DNA of 55,646 bases, taken from NCBI RefSeq assembly GCF_001194135.2, contig NC_068992.1, positions 41,623,554 through 41,679,199 of the forward strand, given 5' to 3'. Made by a program: the position numbers and the translations under genes. Origin of the DNA: Octopus bimaculoides (lineage: Eukaryota). The notes beneath the pieces were generated by a model. It was not told the DNA's origin. It ran no database searches and saw only the letters and a list, made by a program, of their open reading frames with translations. Below are positions 1-12,003 of this stretch, piece by piece (the stretch's first letter is position 1; every line of letters begins with the position of its first letter).

Positions 1-57
1 TGTGTGTGTGTGTGTGTATATGTATGTATATATATATATATATATATACACATAAGG

Positions 58-627
58 GATCAAAATGTTATGTTGACTCTATGGAAGACATTTGTTCTGA
101 GTTGCCTAGACCATTGTTCTCAGGTGTGGTCACTACACAATGTCAAGCGGACAGCAGAATTCGAGGCAATTCAGCGTCACTATACAACAAAGATCGCTAC
201 AGTCCTACAGATGAACTACAGAGAGCGACTGAAGGCACTAGGTCTCTACTCCCTGGAGCGCAGGCGGGAGAGATATGTAATAATATACATATCGTAAATA
301 CTGGAAGGACTGGTACAAAACCATTGCATCAAGTACTACAAGAAAGCCCGCACTAGTCGCCACTGCATGGCACCAAGGGTACCGTCCACTGCATCTCACA
401 TAAGAACTAGGTACTGCAACAGCTTCGGTTTCAGGGGACCTTAGCTCTTTAATGCCCTGCCAAAACATTTAAGAGACCTGCAAGACATGGATGTGGTGGT
501 CTTCAAGACAAAACTCGACGCCTTCCTCTCCACGATACCAGACGAACCAATGGCTGGAAATGAAACACAGTTTAGGGGAGCGATGTCAAATTCTCTTATA
601 CACCAGATGTGCCATCAAAACTCTTGA
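58..627 (+). mobile_element. CR1/L2-group non-LTR retrotransposon, ORF2 C-terminal remnant (5'-truncated, 2 premature stops)
   Basis: One frame reads LWKTFVLSCLDHCSQVWS...EAIQRHYT...NYRERLKALGLYSLERRRERYVIIYIS*ILEGLV...GFRGP*LFNALPKHLR...VFKTKLDAFLSTIPDEP...SNSLIHQ. This is the typical post-RT C-terminus of CR1/L2-type LINEs. Confidence 0.8.
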
Positions 628-1468
628 TTGGACTATATCAGGTGGAGGAGAAGAGCCATGCAAGGAACGTGAAGGGAGGACAGCATAAAGACGGAAAGTC
701 ACAGTCGTGCTCCAGCATGACCACAGCCACTTGGCTGAAACCCATAAATGAAAAAAATATATATATGCATATATATATATATATANNNNNNNNNNNNNNN
801 NNNNNNNNNNNNNNNNNNNNNNNNNNNNNNNNNNNNNNNNNNNNNNNNNNNNNNNNNNNNNNNNNNNNNNNNNNNNNNNNNNNNNNNNNNNNNNNNNNNN
901 NNNNNNNNNNNNNNNNNNNNNNNNNNNNNNNNNNNNNNNNNNNNNNNNNNNNNNNNNNNNNNNNNNNNNNNNNNNNNNNNNNNNNNNNNNNNNNNNNNNN
1001 NNNNNNNNNNNNNNNNNNNNNNNNNNNNNNNNNNNNNNNNNNNNNNNNNNNNNNNNNNNNNNNNNNNNNNNNNNNNNNNNNNNNNNNNNNNNNNNNNNNN
1101 NNNNNNNNNNNNNNNNNNNNNNNNNNNNNNNNNNNNNNNNNNNNNNNNNNNNNNNNNNNNNNNNNNNNNNNNNNNNNNNNNNNNNNNNNNNNNNNNNNNN
1201 NNNNNNNNNNNNNNNNNNNNNNNNNNNNNNNNNNNNNNNNNNNNNNNNNNNNNNNNNNNNNNNNNNNNNNNNNNNNNNNNNNNNNNNNNNNNNNNNNNNN
1301 NNNNNNNNNNNNNNNNNNNNNNNNNNNNNNNNNNNNNNNNNNNNNNNNNNNNNNNNNNNNNNNNNNNNNNNNNNNNNNNNNNNNNNNNNNNNNNNNNNNN
1401 NNNNNNNNNNNNNNNNNNNNNNNNNNNNNNNNNNNNNNNNNNNNNNNNNNNNNNNNNNNNNNNNNNNN

Positions 1469-1503
<35 letters not shown>

Positions 1504-1558
1504 AATATATATATACATATATATATACACACATATATATATACATATAGTGTGTGTG

Positions 1559-1589
<31 letters not shown>

Positions 1590-1598
1590 ATGTGTGTG

Positions 1599-1910
1599 AA
1601 GGTGCGTGGCTCAGTGGTTAGAGTGTCCAGGCTGGGAATGTGAGTTGTGAGTTCGATTCCCGGACCGGGTTCGTGTTGTGTTCTTGATCAAGTCACTTTA
1701 TTTCACTTCCAGTTCAGTTGCGACGTCACTGGTGCCAAGCTCTATCGTCCTGTTTGCTTTTCTCTTGGATAACATCAGTGGCATGGAGTGGGGAGACTGG
1801 TATGCATGGTCAACTGCTGTTCTTCCATATAACAACCTTGCCTGGGGTTGTGCCTCGGAGGGTAACTTTCTAGGTGCAATCCCATGGCTGTTCATCACTG
1901 AAGGGTGTTA
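1599..1910 (+). mobile_element. tRNA-derived SINE with CORE/V-like central motif
   Basis: Pol III A box TGGCTCAGTGG (1607-1617) and B box GAGTTCGATTCC (1649-1660), followed by TTCTTGATCAAGTCACTTTA; no tRNA 3' acceptor stem. Confidence 0.72.
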
Positions 1911-2395
1911 CCCTCATATTTCAGCCATCTATATGCCATATAGATGATATAATTACATTTTCGAATAATTAAAATACGTGCGCAATCTATAGCTACATGC
2001 ACAGTTGACATACAAAGTGAATACTCATATACGAAAGAAAACATTGCTTTCTGGGTCGATATTTGTTACATTGTGTAATATGTATTAAGTTTTCTAAATG
2101 TACATAGGAATGTTATATCGATTGTGTTTTTTTCTAGCGTATGAAGCAATATCAAATACTATACAATGAAAAACAGCAGGGAACTGAAAGGAATAAATAA
2201 AAAAAAAAAGAATCAAGCCTTATATCATGAAAAAAATCGGAACTTACAAACCAGTAAAATAAGTGTCTTTTGTTCTTATAAATAGAAAAGAAAAATATGT
2301 GTCAAATTATTGTTAAGACATTGTTTTCAGATCGGAAGCTAGTGCAAGTCATGCTATCCTTCAGATTTTACGCACGAAAATAGAAATAGCATTTT

Positions 2396-2850
2396 GAAAA
2401 TGGCGAAGAAAGTTTTGCAGTGTGTGGAAACGCAACTGTGAATTGTTGGTGAGCACAGATATTGTTGGAATGTAAATAAAACTATATTATAAAAATGGAA
2501 ATAGTATCTTGAAAATGGCGGACAAATTTTTGGAGTGCATAAACGCAACTGTGAATTGTTGGTGAGGACAGATATTGTTGAAATGTAAATAAAACAGAAA
2601 TTTGTCAGTGAACAGGTCGCAGTCTCAAAGCAATGAAAATATTTTGACAAATTAAATTTAAATGTTGAAGTGAGTCTAACGGTTTTTGTTTGTTATTAAA
2701 TGGCTTATAAGCACCTTCCACGATGCAATCGGTTTTGTTTCATCACACGATCTCAGATCAGGTCACTTGCTATGCATATACATCTCCGTAAATAAAACTA
2801 TGTTTTCTCACCGTATTCTCAATGTTTTCTCAATGTTTTCCCAGAGTGCA
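2396..2850. repeat. Host repeat with ~115-bp tandem unit; third unit split by the LINE and resuming at 4602-4670
   Basis: GAAAATGGCG at 2396 and 2511. GCAACTGTGAATTGT.GGTGA...ATTGTT..AATGTAAATAAAAC occurs at ~2433, ~2546 and 4602. Confidence 0.65.
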
Positions 2851-2919
2851 ATGTAGAGGCACCTGTGGCTCTACCTGAATGGTGAACGGGTATGGGCTCC
2901 GCTTGCTAGACGGATGTTC

Positions 2920-3595
2920 GGATCTATTTTAAAACGGGGGCGCCAGTATTTTCTTAACGAAACACTAACGAAACACTTTGAAACTTGGGACACTGGTAGA
3001 ATGTGTCATATAAAACATCTTTTACTCTTAGTCTTCTTAACAAAAAAAAAAAGGAATTCGTAAGTTATTCCATGTTAAAGTTGTCGTATTTCTGTAATTT
3101 CAACCAATCACTGACGTCTATTCAGCTCAATAGAGTCACTGCTGGGCGGTCATAAAAATATTATTCCCTGTAACATATTTCATCCGGTTTAATCGTAATT
3201 TATACGCATATATTGTTTATATAATAAATTACGCTGTGCGTATCTATGTGTGTAACAATTTTAGAGTTCGGATTCTAGAGTTAGGGTTAGTTTTAGGGTT
3301 AGGGTTAGGGTTACGGTTACGGTTAACAGTCTAGGTAGGGTTAGGGTTAGGGTTAGGGGATTAATACGATATACACCGTTACAGCGCTAACTGTTTTCAA
3401 CTGAATAGACGTCAGTGATTAGTAGAAATTATCGAAATAAGACAATTTTTTACATGAAATAAATTCGAATACAAAAATATTTTTCTGTTCTATAACACAA
3501 AATAGATAAGTATACGAAGTTTGAAAGTCTTTCCGTACCAAAAACACTACATAAAACATAAATGAAAACTGGCGCCCCCGTTTTAAAATAGATCC
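2920..3595. mobile_element. 676-bp non-autonomous DNA transposon (MITE), GG-ended TIRs, 8-bp TSD (Merlin- or Mutator-like)
   Basis: Perfect 28-bp TIR GGATCTATTTTAAAACGGGGGCGCCAGT (2920-2947) / ACTGGCGCCCCCGTTTTAAAATAGATCC (3568-3595). TSD GGATGTTC at 2912-2919 and 3596-3603. Imperfect inverted similarity extends to ~3128 and ~3397. Confidence 0.92.
3281..3358 (+). repeat. Interstitial telomere-like (TTAGGG)n array inside the MITE
   Basis: 7 perfect TTAGGG units interspersed with TTAGTT, TTACGG x2 and other variants. Confidence 0.9.
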
Positions 3596-4110
3596 GGATG
3601 TTCTCCAGCTTTACTAGTTTTGGTAGTAGAGAAAACTGCTTTCGATGAAGATCGAGGTTGGGTACCTGGTATACGGAGTGCTCGGGCAACGCCAGCGGTT
3701 TCGGTACCACCGCGGCTTACTACAGTAGGTTGGTAGAGGCTGGAAATGACGATGCCTTAGGAAGGACCCTGGGTCTCAATGACAATCAGTTAGACAGCCT
3801 GTTCCGAAGAACATTCAGACCGAAAACACTGGATAACTTCCAAAAGTCTTTGGCCTGGCAATGTTACGGAGGAGCCCTACCCGTTCGGTATAAGCTCACT
3901 TGACACGGCCACTTTGGACCGTCAGCCTGTCCAAGATGCGACGTGGAAACCGTCCTGCACGCTTTTGTTCAGTGTCTGCATGTATCAGAAGTGTGGACTT
4001 ATGCAGAACACCTGTTGTCAGATGGAAGAAAATTACAGCTATCGTCTGAGTCAATTCTAATGATTAACCTACCGGATTTCCTTACGGAAGAAGGTAAGAA
4101 ATGTTTTCTC

Positions 4111-4173
<63 letters not shown>
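4111..4173 (+). repeat. (GTA)21 microsatellite in frame in the Tx1 ORF2 remnant
   Basis: 63 bp of pure GTA, read as 21 Val between KCFL and IAREV. Confidence 0.95.
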
Positions 4174-4749
4174 ATTGCGAGAGAGGTGATGATTTAGAAG
4201 TCAAGAATAACAGGTATTGTGACAGACAGCTTTGTCTCCGGCCTCACTTTGGTGAATATTTTCACTTTTCACCTGAAAAGAAATGTGGGGCTGGAAAGGG
4301 GGTGTCTGTCAGTGTTCAAAAAAAGATGGACGCGTGTAGCAGGTATGTTGAGAGTGAAAGGCCTTGCGTGAGCACGTCATAGGGATCACCAAGGTGTCGG
4401 TAGAGAAGACAAGGCTCGTGGGGTCGGAGTATTCCTGTCTTTTAAACCCAATTTTCTGTTTCATTGTATGTAATTGTCTCTTGTGTCCCACTCGATTTTT
4501 CATTTTATCATTTTAAATTTTTATTACCATTTGATTGTATATGACACCAGATCATATTGTATTGTCCCCTCTATGTGTGCCTGTATTAGGTAATAAAAAA
4601 AGCAACTGTGAATTGTGGGTGACCATATTTATTGTTCAAATGTAAATAAAACTATTTTATCAAAATTGAAAAAATAACGTAGTGTTCCGAGAAAATTTAG
4701 GGTAGATATCAGACATAGTCCTCGAGTTAAAAGTACCTTCGTACAGTTA

Positions 4750-4966
4750 CAAGGGGATGCTGAAAAGTTACTGGCTTTGGGGAAAGGAAAATACAGGAGG
4801 ATTAGTTGATTATAATTTTGTTCAGCATATTCCCTTCTCACCGTCACACACCTATTGCAGTGGTCCTTTAATCTTTCTAAGCTCTGATATAGAATTCGGA
4901 AGGGTGGGCTTCCAGTCAGACCTTTTGCGACTCCCTAAAAGCCAGGAACTTTTCAGCACCCCTACA
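4750..4966. mobile_element. 217-bp Tc1/mariner-type MITE
   Basis: TIRs CAAGGGGATGCTGAAAAGTTACTGGCTTT / AAAGCCAGGAACTTTTCAGCACCCCTACA; TA at 4748-4749 and 4967-4968. Confidence 0.8.
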
Positions 4967-5227
4967 TATACGTACCACTAGTAACCTGCCAATCGAGAGG
5001 TTTTCGGCAAAACATGGGAATACAAGTTCGACCATAGGTCTGCTCGACTATACCAGTAGTGGCGCTAAACAATCAACACGATTAGGTCATATTACTTACC
5101 TCCTTAGTTCTTTAGCCTAGCGTAACAAGCATTGACGCATGTAACAAGGGAGAAAAGAAAAAGTTAGAGGGTGACTGAGATCGAAACCGTATCTAAACTA
5201 CTAAGATTGAAATTAAATACTGATTTC

Positions 5228-5372
5228 AAATTTTGGCAGAAAGTCGGCAATTTAGGAGGAGAGGAAAACTCGATTAAATTGTCCCCAGTGTTCATTTGAT
5301 AGTTAATTTATCGGCACCGAATGGATGAAAGGCAAACGCAACCTCGGTGGATTTTGAACTCAAGAATTCAAA
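5228..5372 (-). mobile_element. Decayed SINE with Nin/Deu-like central domain
   Basis: GGATGAAAGGCAAACGCAACCTCGGTGGATTTTGAACTC is the reverse complement of B box plus GACTTTGCCTTTCATCC; same family as 18728, 21224, 38838, 39627 and 41545. Confidence 0.6.
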
Positions 5373-5943
5373 TTAAATATTAAAAGCACCATATCCGCTT
5401 CTCGTTTTGAGGAATTATCTTTTCTGAAGATTTATTTTGGTTTTGAAAGAATTTAGACTCTTCCACGTGCAAAAGCACTGAAAATCGGCGTAGGTGGAGG
5501 TGGCAGGGAAGCAAGCATCTCTCAGTATATACATATATGAGAGTAGCTCGAGAATTTTAATGTAGGATACTACTCAGCACTATGAAGAAGGCAATGGATG
5601 TAGTGGAGCAGTTAAGATGTAACTGAAAAATAAAAAATCCGTGATCAGGTTTTTTAAAATTTTTTAACGTTAATCATTTAAAATCCAGCAATAATATGTT
5701 CAAATAATTTAGTATTTTTATCTTTTTGTTAAGGTTGCTCCATATAATTTTAAAAAATTTTTAAATGTTCGATTGTTTTGTTTTAAATTTGAAAGTCATT
5801 TTAATATCTCTTTCTATTTTCGATAAGGTTCCTCTGTTTTTAAAATCTTTTCACTTGTTTTAATCTTTTAAATTTTAATCCGCTAATTTAGTCTTAAACT
5901 TCCTTATGTAATTCATCGGCCTGTCAAACGTTTATCTAGCTTT

Positions 5944-5991
<48 letters not shown>

Positions 5992-6344
5992 AGCGCAGCA
6001 GAAGTTCGTTAAATCCGGAATTCTCTCGTATTTAGTTAGTAAGTTTGCATGTGTGTCTCCCTTTTGTGATCCTCCGGATTTTGTCTGTGTTTAATCAACA
6101 ATTTAATCTCTCCAGGATTAGGCGGATTTTTACTTGTGTAGTGTACATTGGGAGTTTATTTTTATTAAAACTTTTTTTTTTTTTTTTTTACTATCAAGTA
6201 TTCAGTTCAGTATGTTTGCGCGACGTTGTGCGTGTGCGTGTGTGTGCGTGTGTGTGTTTTTCTTAGTGCAGTATTCTCTGTAGTGTTAGGCGGGTATTCT
6301 CTATTTAGTGGGGCTTTGTGTCTGTGTAGCTTTCGGGATCTGGT

Positions 6345-7325
6345 GTGTGTTCTGTGTAGTGTTTAGTCGGTGTTGTTTGTTTTAGGCTGGTGTGTGTTCA
6401 CTGTAGTGTTTAGTCGGGATGTTATCCGTTTTAGTCTGGTGTGTGTTCTCTGCAGTGTTTAGTCTGGGTATTGTCCGTTTTATGCTGGTGTGTGTTCTGT
6501 GTAGTGTTTAGTCGGGATATTGTTTGTTTTAGGCTGGTGTGCTCTGTAGTGTTTAGTCGGGGTATTGTCCGTTCTATGCTGGTGTGTGTTCTGTGTTGTA
6601 TTTAGTCGGGATATTTTTTTGTTTTTAGGCTGGTGTGTGTAGTGTTTAGTCGGGATATTGTATGTTTTAGGCTGGTGTGTGTTCTGTGTAGTGTTTAGTC
6701 GGGGTGTTATCCGTTTTAGTCTGGTGTGTGTTCTCTGCAGTGTTTAGTCGGGGTATTGTCCGTTTTATGCTGGTGTGTGTTCTGTGTTGTGTTTAGTCGG
6801 GATATTTTTTGTTTTTAGGCTGGTGTGTGTAGTGTTTAGTCGGGATATTTTTTGTTTTTAGGCTGGTGTGTGTAGTGTTTAGTCGGGATATTGTTTGTTT
6901 TAGGCTGGTGTGTGTGTTCTGTGTAGTGTTTAGTCGGGGTATTGTCTGTTTTAGGCTGGTGTGTGTGTTCTGTGTAGTGTTTAGTCGAGGTATTGTCTGT
7001 TTTAGGCTGGTGTGTGTTCTCTGCAGTGTTTAGTCGGGATATTGTTTGATTTAGGCTGGTGTGTGTTCTGTGTAGTGTTTAGTCGGGGTATTGTCCGTTT
7101 TATGCTGGTGTGTGTTCTGTGTAGTGTTTAGTCGGGGTATTGTCCGTTTTNNNNNNNNNNGAGTGTTTAGTCGGGGTATTGTCCGTTTTATGCTGGTGTG
7201 TGTTCTGTGGAGTGTTTAGTCGGGGTATTGTCCGTTTTATGCTGGTGTGTGTTCTGTGTAGTGTTTAGTCGGGGTATTGTCCGTTTTATGCTGGTATGTG
7301 TTCTGTGTAGTGTTTAGTCGGGGTA
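6345..7325. repeat. 49-bp GT-rich minisatellite, ~20 copies
   Basis: Unit GTAGTGTTTAGTCGGGGTATTGTCCGTTTTATGCTGGTGTGTGTTCTGT; AGTGTTTAGTC recurs at 7211, 7260 and 7309; 10-N gap at 7151-7160. Confidence 0.92.
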
Positions 7326-8399
7326 TTCTGTAGTATTGGGTGGTGTTCTTTGTAGTGTTAGGCGGGTATTCTCTAGTGTTTAGTGGGGTGTTTTTGTAGC
7401 TTTCTAGGGGTAATTGTCTCTGCTGGCAGTGTTAGGCAGGTATTCTCTCTTTGTGTCTCTATCCGTCTCTTTCGTGGGAGTTAATAGTGTTATATATAGG
7501 GTCTTGTCACTTTTGCTAGATGATGGCAAATTTTATTTTAGTTCTCTATATCACAAACATAATAAGAGTGCCACTCACATTCCTCTTGAATTGTATAATC
7601 AACGCAATTTTCCGTTTATTTCCATTGCTGTTTTTTTTCTAGTGTGCTTGTTCTCAATTGAATTCTCAGATTTTAGTCAAGATTTTAATATAGATCCTAA
7701 ATTACTTTGGGGCAACCTTAATACCTCGCAAATAATTTGTACATCTGTCTCCATTTTAGTTGCCTTGTTTCTGTTGTGCTGTTTGGTATTCTACTAGCTG
7801 CACTACGATATGTTGGTGTGGTACACTTAGCCCAACACCCCTATCACGGTGCTATATAAACTCCAATATATTAAATGTTTTCTCAACAACATTTCTTAAT
7901 TATTGGTACATATTTAATACGTCTAATGTTTACACATCTAAATGAATCCAGCAACAAATATTTCCAATAAATGAGCCGTTTTGTTTCTCGAGTAGTTTTT
8001 GGAAAAATGTTTTTTTTTTTTTTTTTTTAAGTATAAACTTTTCAACCAAACAACTTTGGGGTACCGAGAACTTTAGATATTACGTGTTTATCATATAAAA
8101 GTAAATTGGAATAAAATTTCATTTTGGTTATATTTTTAGACTGTTTTACATGGGTTCGAATTTTGCTTTCACTTCTTTTCCCTCCCGTTTAAACACTGCC
8201 TGAGGTAACAGGGAAGAAGAAACCCATTTTAGCCTAAATCTTTTTGTAGTATCCAATTTTTAATCTTAAAATTTGGCTTCTAATTGGACTTGTTGCATTT
8301 TCTAATGCTGGAAGGTCTATATTCTGCATTTGAAATTGATATTTAAAAAGTTTTACTCAAACGAAAACTTATATTGATAACGTTTCGTGGTTTCATTTC

Positions 8400-8700
8400 A
8401 TTTGGTTTTAGTCGTTACAAGTCTAACCTTACTCCTTGGAGGGTAATACCGCGCCATACAATCTATTCTCCATTGTAAACATGTTTGACAATTTTCATCC
8501 CGATTAATTTTTATATCGTACTGCCCTGTATTTGTTTTTCCCTTGATATGCTTGCCTCTAATTTTCTTTGTGTGTATGCTCACGTACTTATACTTGAACG
8601 GATGAAAAAGCATTTAAGCCTTCGTTTTCTGCACATTCATACTCAGATGTAAGGTTCTTCAATCATTCGGCCTTAGTTAAAATCTATGAAACATTAAAAC
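8400..8700 (-). mobile_element. Possible very old Penelope-type GIY-YIG C-terminal remnant
   Basis: Across frames QRKLEASIS and KINRDE...W resemble the R..EA..I...NRD.G..L...W end of Penelope endonucleases; GAAACGTT lies just downstream on this strand. Weak match. Confidence 0.25.
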
Positions 8701-11700
8701 CGTTAATCAGATCTATTATAATTTTAGTTATAGGTTGATCTTAATACATAATTTCGGGTTGAAGACCACTTCTTACAGTTGAAACTAATTGATTTGAATT
8801 TTGATTTAGTCTGCTTTAGTTTGTTTATGACTTTTAAAGTTAATTTTCGTTATCAGGACTGTAACGAATGTGACTAATTTGACTGAGTCCATCCTCTAAA
8901 AGTTAGCTATAGAGAACACATGCTCTTTAGGGTCTTTGACGAGAAAATACATTGGCGGTGTTGTCTGAAATTGAGACTTACCTCATTCTATGCATCTGTC
9001 TATTTTGAGTTTTCCTAGTTTATTTTGAATATAGTGCAAAGACCGATGCTGCCTTCTGATTCGGTTTGGTTCACAATTTTGTTGTTTAAACCCTTAGTGA
9101 TTAAACCGATCAAAATATCTTACTTGTATTGTGCTCAAACTAGTCACAGCATTGATCTTGTATCATAAATATTAGGTTACTTCATCAAAAGCTAGAAGGG
9201 AATACATGATTAATTCAAAACAATGAATAAATAAGCAATACTTTTGATGGAATAGGGTGAATGGCAATGACTACTTTATCCATTTAGCGAACTCGGGTGT
9301 ATCACTTTTCCTCCCGAAAATATCGACTTTCTATCGCCTGCTTCTCCCACTTAAAAAAAAAAAGTAAACAATTTTGCTATCAAGTCTATCCCTTCGCCGC
9401 AGTTAAATGTCTTTATCACTATTTTTTTCTATTGAAATTTCTTTCAATATTTTCAAAGTAACTAAAACAATGCATTATACAAAATTTGGCTCTAGTCCAG
9501 CAGATTTAAGGCAGAGGGACAGACGATTATAGTTATCCAAAAGATAAGCTGTTGCCTCATTTTACCACGCTGAAAGGATGACAATGTAAACGAGAGCGAT
9601 CTTTGAACTCTGATCGTAAAATGCTAGAAATGTTAATTTTTTTCTTTTTTTTTTTTAAACCGCGGCACTTACGATTGTTCCATTTCAGGAAGATGGAATT
9701 GTCATAGAGGTGTTTAGAAAACGAATTAAAAGGACATTGATATCGGAGGGGTAGAAATTCTAATTTTATTAAACGGGGCATTTGCTACATATTCTTTTGT
9801 CAATCGATGTAACCTAAGTCAGGTGGGCATGGCATCTCTATGAAACATTTTAAACCAACACGTAAAAAAAAAATAGCGTGTTTCAAGTAAAATATTCTCT
9901 TCACTAGGATGTTTTTCTGAACGAGTGCAGCATTCTGCTTTCGCAAATTTTATAGTAATGTATACTGTTCTTTGATATTATCTATTTCAAAACTTTGAAA
10001 AGCTATTTCTCATAAATGTAAAACTTTTAGATGTGATAATGTCGATGTATTTAGTTTAAGAAATCGTAGCTAAACCCGGCAATAGGATTTGAAACGGATT
10101 GTAGCTGGGTATAAAGAAATGGTTTGCGAAATTTTCTAGTGTTAAAACTATGGTACTAGCATGTTAAGATTGAATAGTTCTTGTTTCTTAGAGAAACATT
10201 CTTATCATGCACAGCTTATGCATTAGATACTTATCTTAACTCGTACGTGTTTCACTCTTTGATTTAATCAGATTAAAATATTGTTCTACAACTGTTAAGT
10301 AACGTGGATTAGCTGTGGAAGTTACTGCTGTTGGATTAGAAGTGAGCATTAAAGTACCCCGTGAAGAAAATATTGTATTTGAAATAGTTTTAATAACCTT
10401 CTGGCTATATGAAACCATACTGTAGAACATTTGCATTAGTGCTAGAGATAATGGGATAATTAAAATCATTCTTAGCGATACAATGTCTCATTAGATGTAT
10501 GTAAACGAAGAGACTAAGTAAAACTAAAGTTACACAATGAATTCATTATAAATACGCCCTCCCCCCACACATCACTTGCCATATCTTTCCAGCAAGTTCG
10601 TTAGAGAAAAAGCAATCGGAAGCCTTATGATACGAAGTACGGCGGTGAACGTTGTTTATATTTGGCATGAAGTACCATCTGAAAGAGTCTCGTACATCAA
10701 CTACCACACACATTCCACAACTCGGTTCTTTAAATATTTTCTAATTTATTTGAACTCAAAACATTTCATAAAGTTTTCCAGTAGTATATGCGTGAGTTAC
10801 CAGCAATTTCAAAGAACTTCGGGCAAGAATATTCTTTGCGTGATATAAATGCAAGACACAAATCTATTTGTATAGACGCTGCACTTCCTCGTTACTATTC
10901 GTCAATATAATTTGTGTGAACGCAACACCCTTACGCTATATGCCTTATACCCTTTGCATGTATTTTTTTCGACAACTAATCTACATAGAACATTCATTAA
11001 TTGAATTCTAACCAGTAGAAATGAGGATTTTATTTTTTCACACAGAAAATATTTGAACTTCAGCATTAAACGTTAGCACTGAATCACACTTTCATCTTCA
11101 ATAAGCTCACTTGTGATGTTCTGTCAGAACTTCAGTACATATTCTCTTTATAGCTGCTGAACAAAAAATTTGAATATACGTGGTTTGTATAGAGTTCCCC
11201 CGCCTAACGTTTTGCATTATATCAACCATTCATGACAAAGCGTAGTGAGACCGATTATGCAGGCGTAAGCTTTGAACCAAACTTTATTTTTTTAAATTCT
11301 TTTTTTTTTTTTTTTNNNNNNNNNNTTTTTTTTTTTTTTTTTTTGGCGTATTTATCTATTTAAATGTGGAAGTATTGTAAGAGCTCTGCAGTGACAAGGT
11401 AAATAAAGTGATTGTCAAACGTGTTCGATTCCTAGTGAGTTTACTGAAAGTATAGTGTTTGATAAATATCATTTAAAATGCGTCTTGAAAAACCGGGAAA
11501 ACGTTGGCAGATCTTTAAAGTAATTAGAATAATCATTTAGCTACAAATTTAGTCATACAAAGACTACGTTTATTGGTATTGAGAATTAAACTTTAGGTAT
11601 TCCACATCCCTTTTCACAAGACGGAGATTTCCTAAAATATATTTGCATGTAGAACCATGACTTTAACATTTTATGAATATGGAGAAAATATATTTTGTCA

Positions 11701-12003
11701 AATGGTAAACCACTGTGCAATCTTATGAACATTATCTTGAAGATGATAGTTTATACGATCAGCTGTGCAACTGAAGGTCAATATTTATCACTGAACTTTT
11801 ATAAAAGTTGGTTTAACTAAAATGAATTGAATAAACGTTACAAGAAGTCTTATTTCAGGAGCTCAAATTTCAGGAATTGCGTGCATACAATTTGCCTTTA
11901 AACATTGAATAGGTTATTAAGAACACATAGATTAACTGAAATTTTTCAAATTCATTATAGACTGAATGATATACACTTTACTATGTTTAAAATGTATGAA
12001 ACA

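Larger units (their letters stand above)
2852..4601 (+). mobile_element. Tx1/L1-clade LINE, 3' part of ORF2 (zf-RVT-like) plus 3' UTR and A-tail, interrupted by a MITE
   Basis: Reads NFQKSLAWQCYGGALPVRYKLT*HG...ACPRCDVETVLHAFVQC..VSEVW, then HLKR...FKKRW; T-rich UTR; AATAAAAAAA at 4592-4601. Removing the MITE restores a frame WLYLNGERVWAPLARRMFSSF across 2866-3620. Confidence 0.8.

Noticed and set aside
586-1599. Long ORFs in the track spanning N-gaps (also 19044-20856, 23646-24033, 30913-31442, 42104-42821, 53586-54405)
   Set aside because: They are artefacts of Ns lacking stop codons, plus YIYI/CVCV translations of dinucleotide repeats.
6345-7325. CRISPR-like regularly spaced repeat
   Set aside because: Units are contiguous with no unique spacers, the context is eukaryotic and there are no cas genes.
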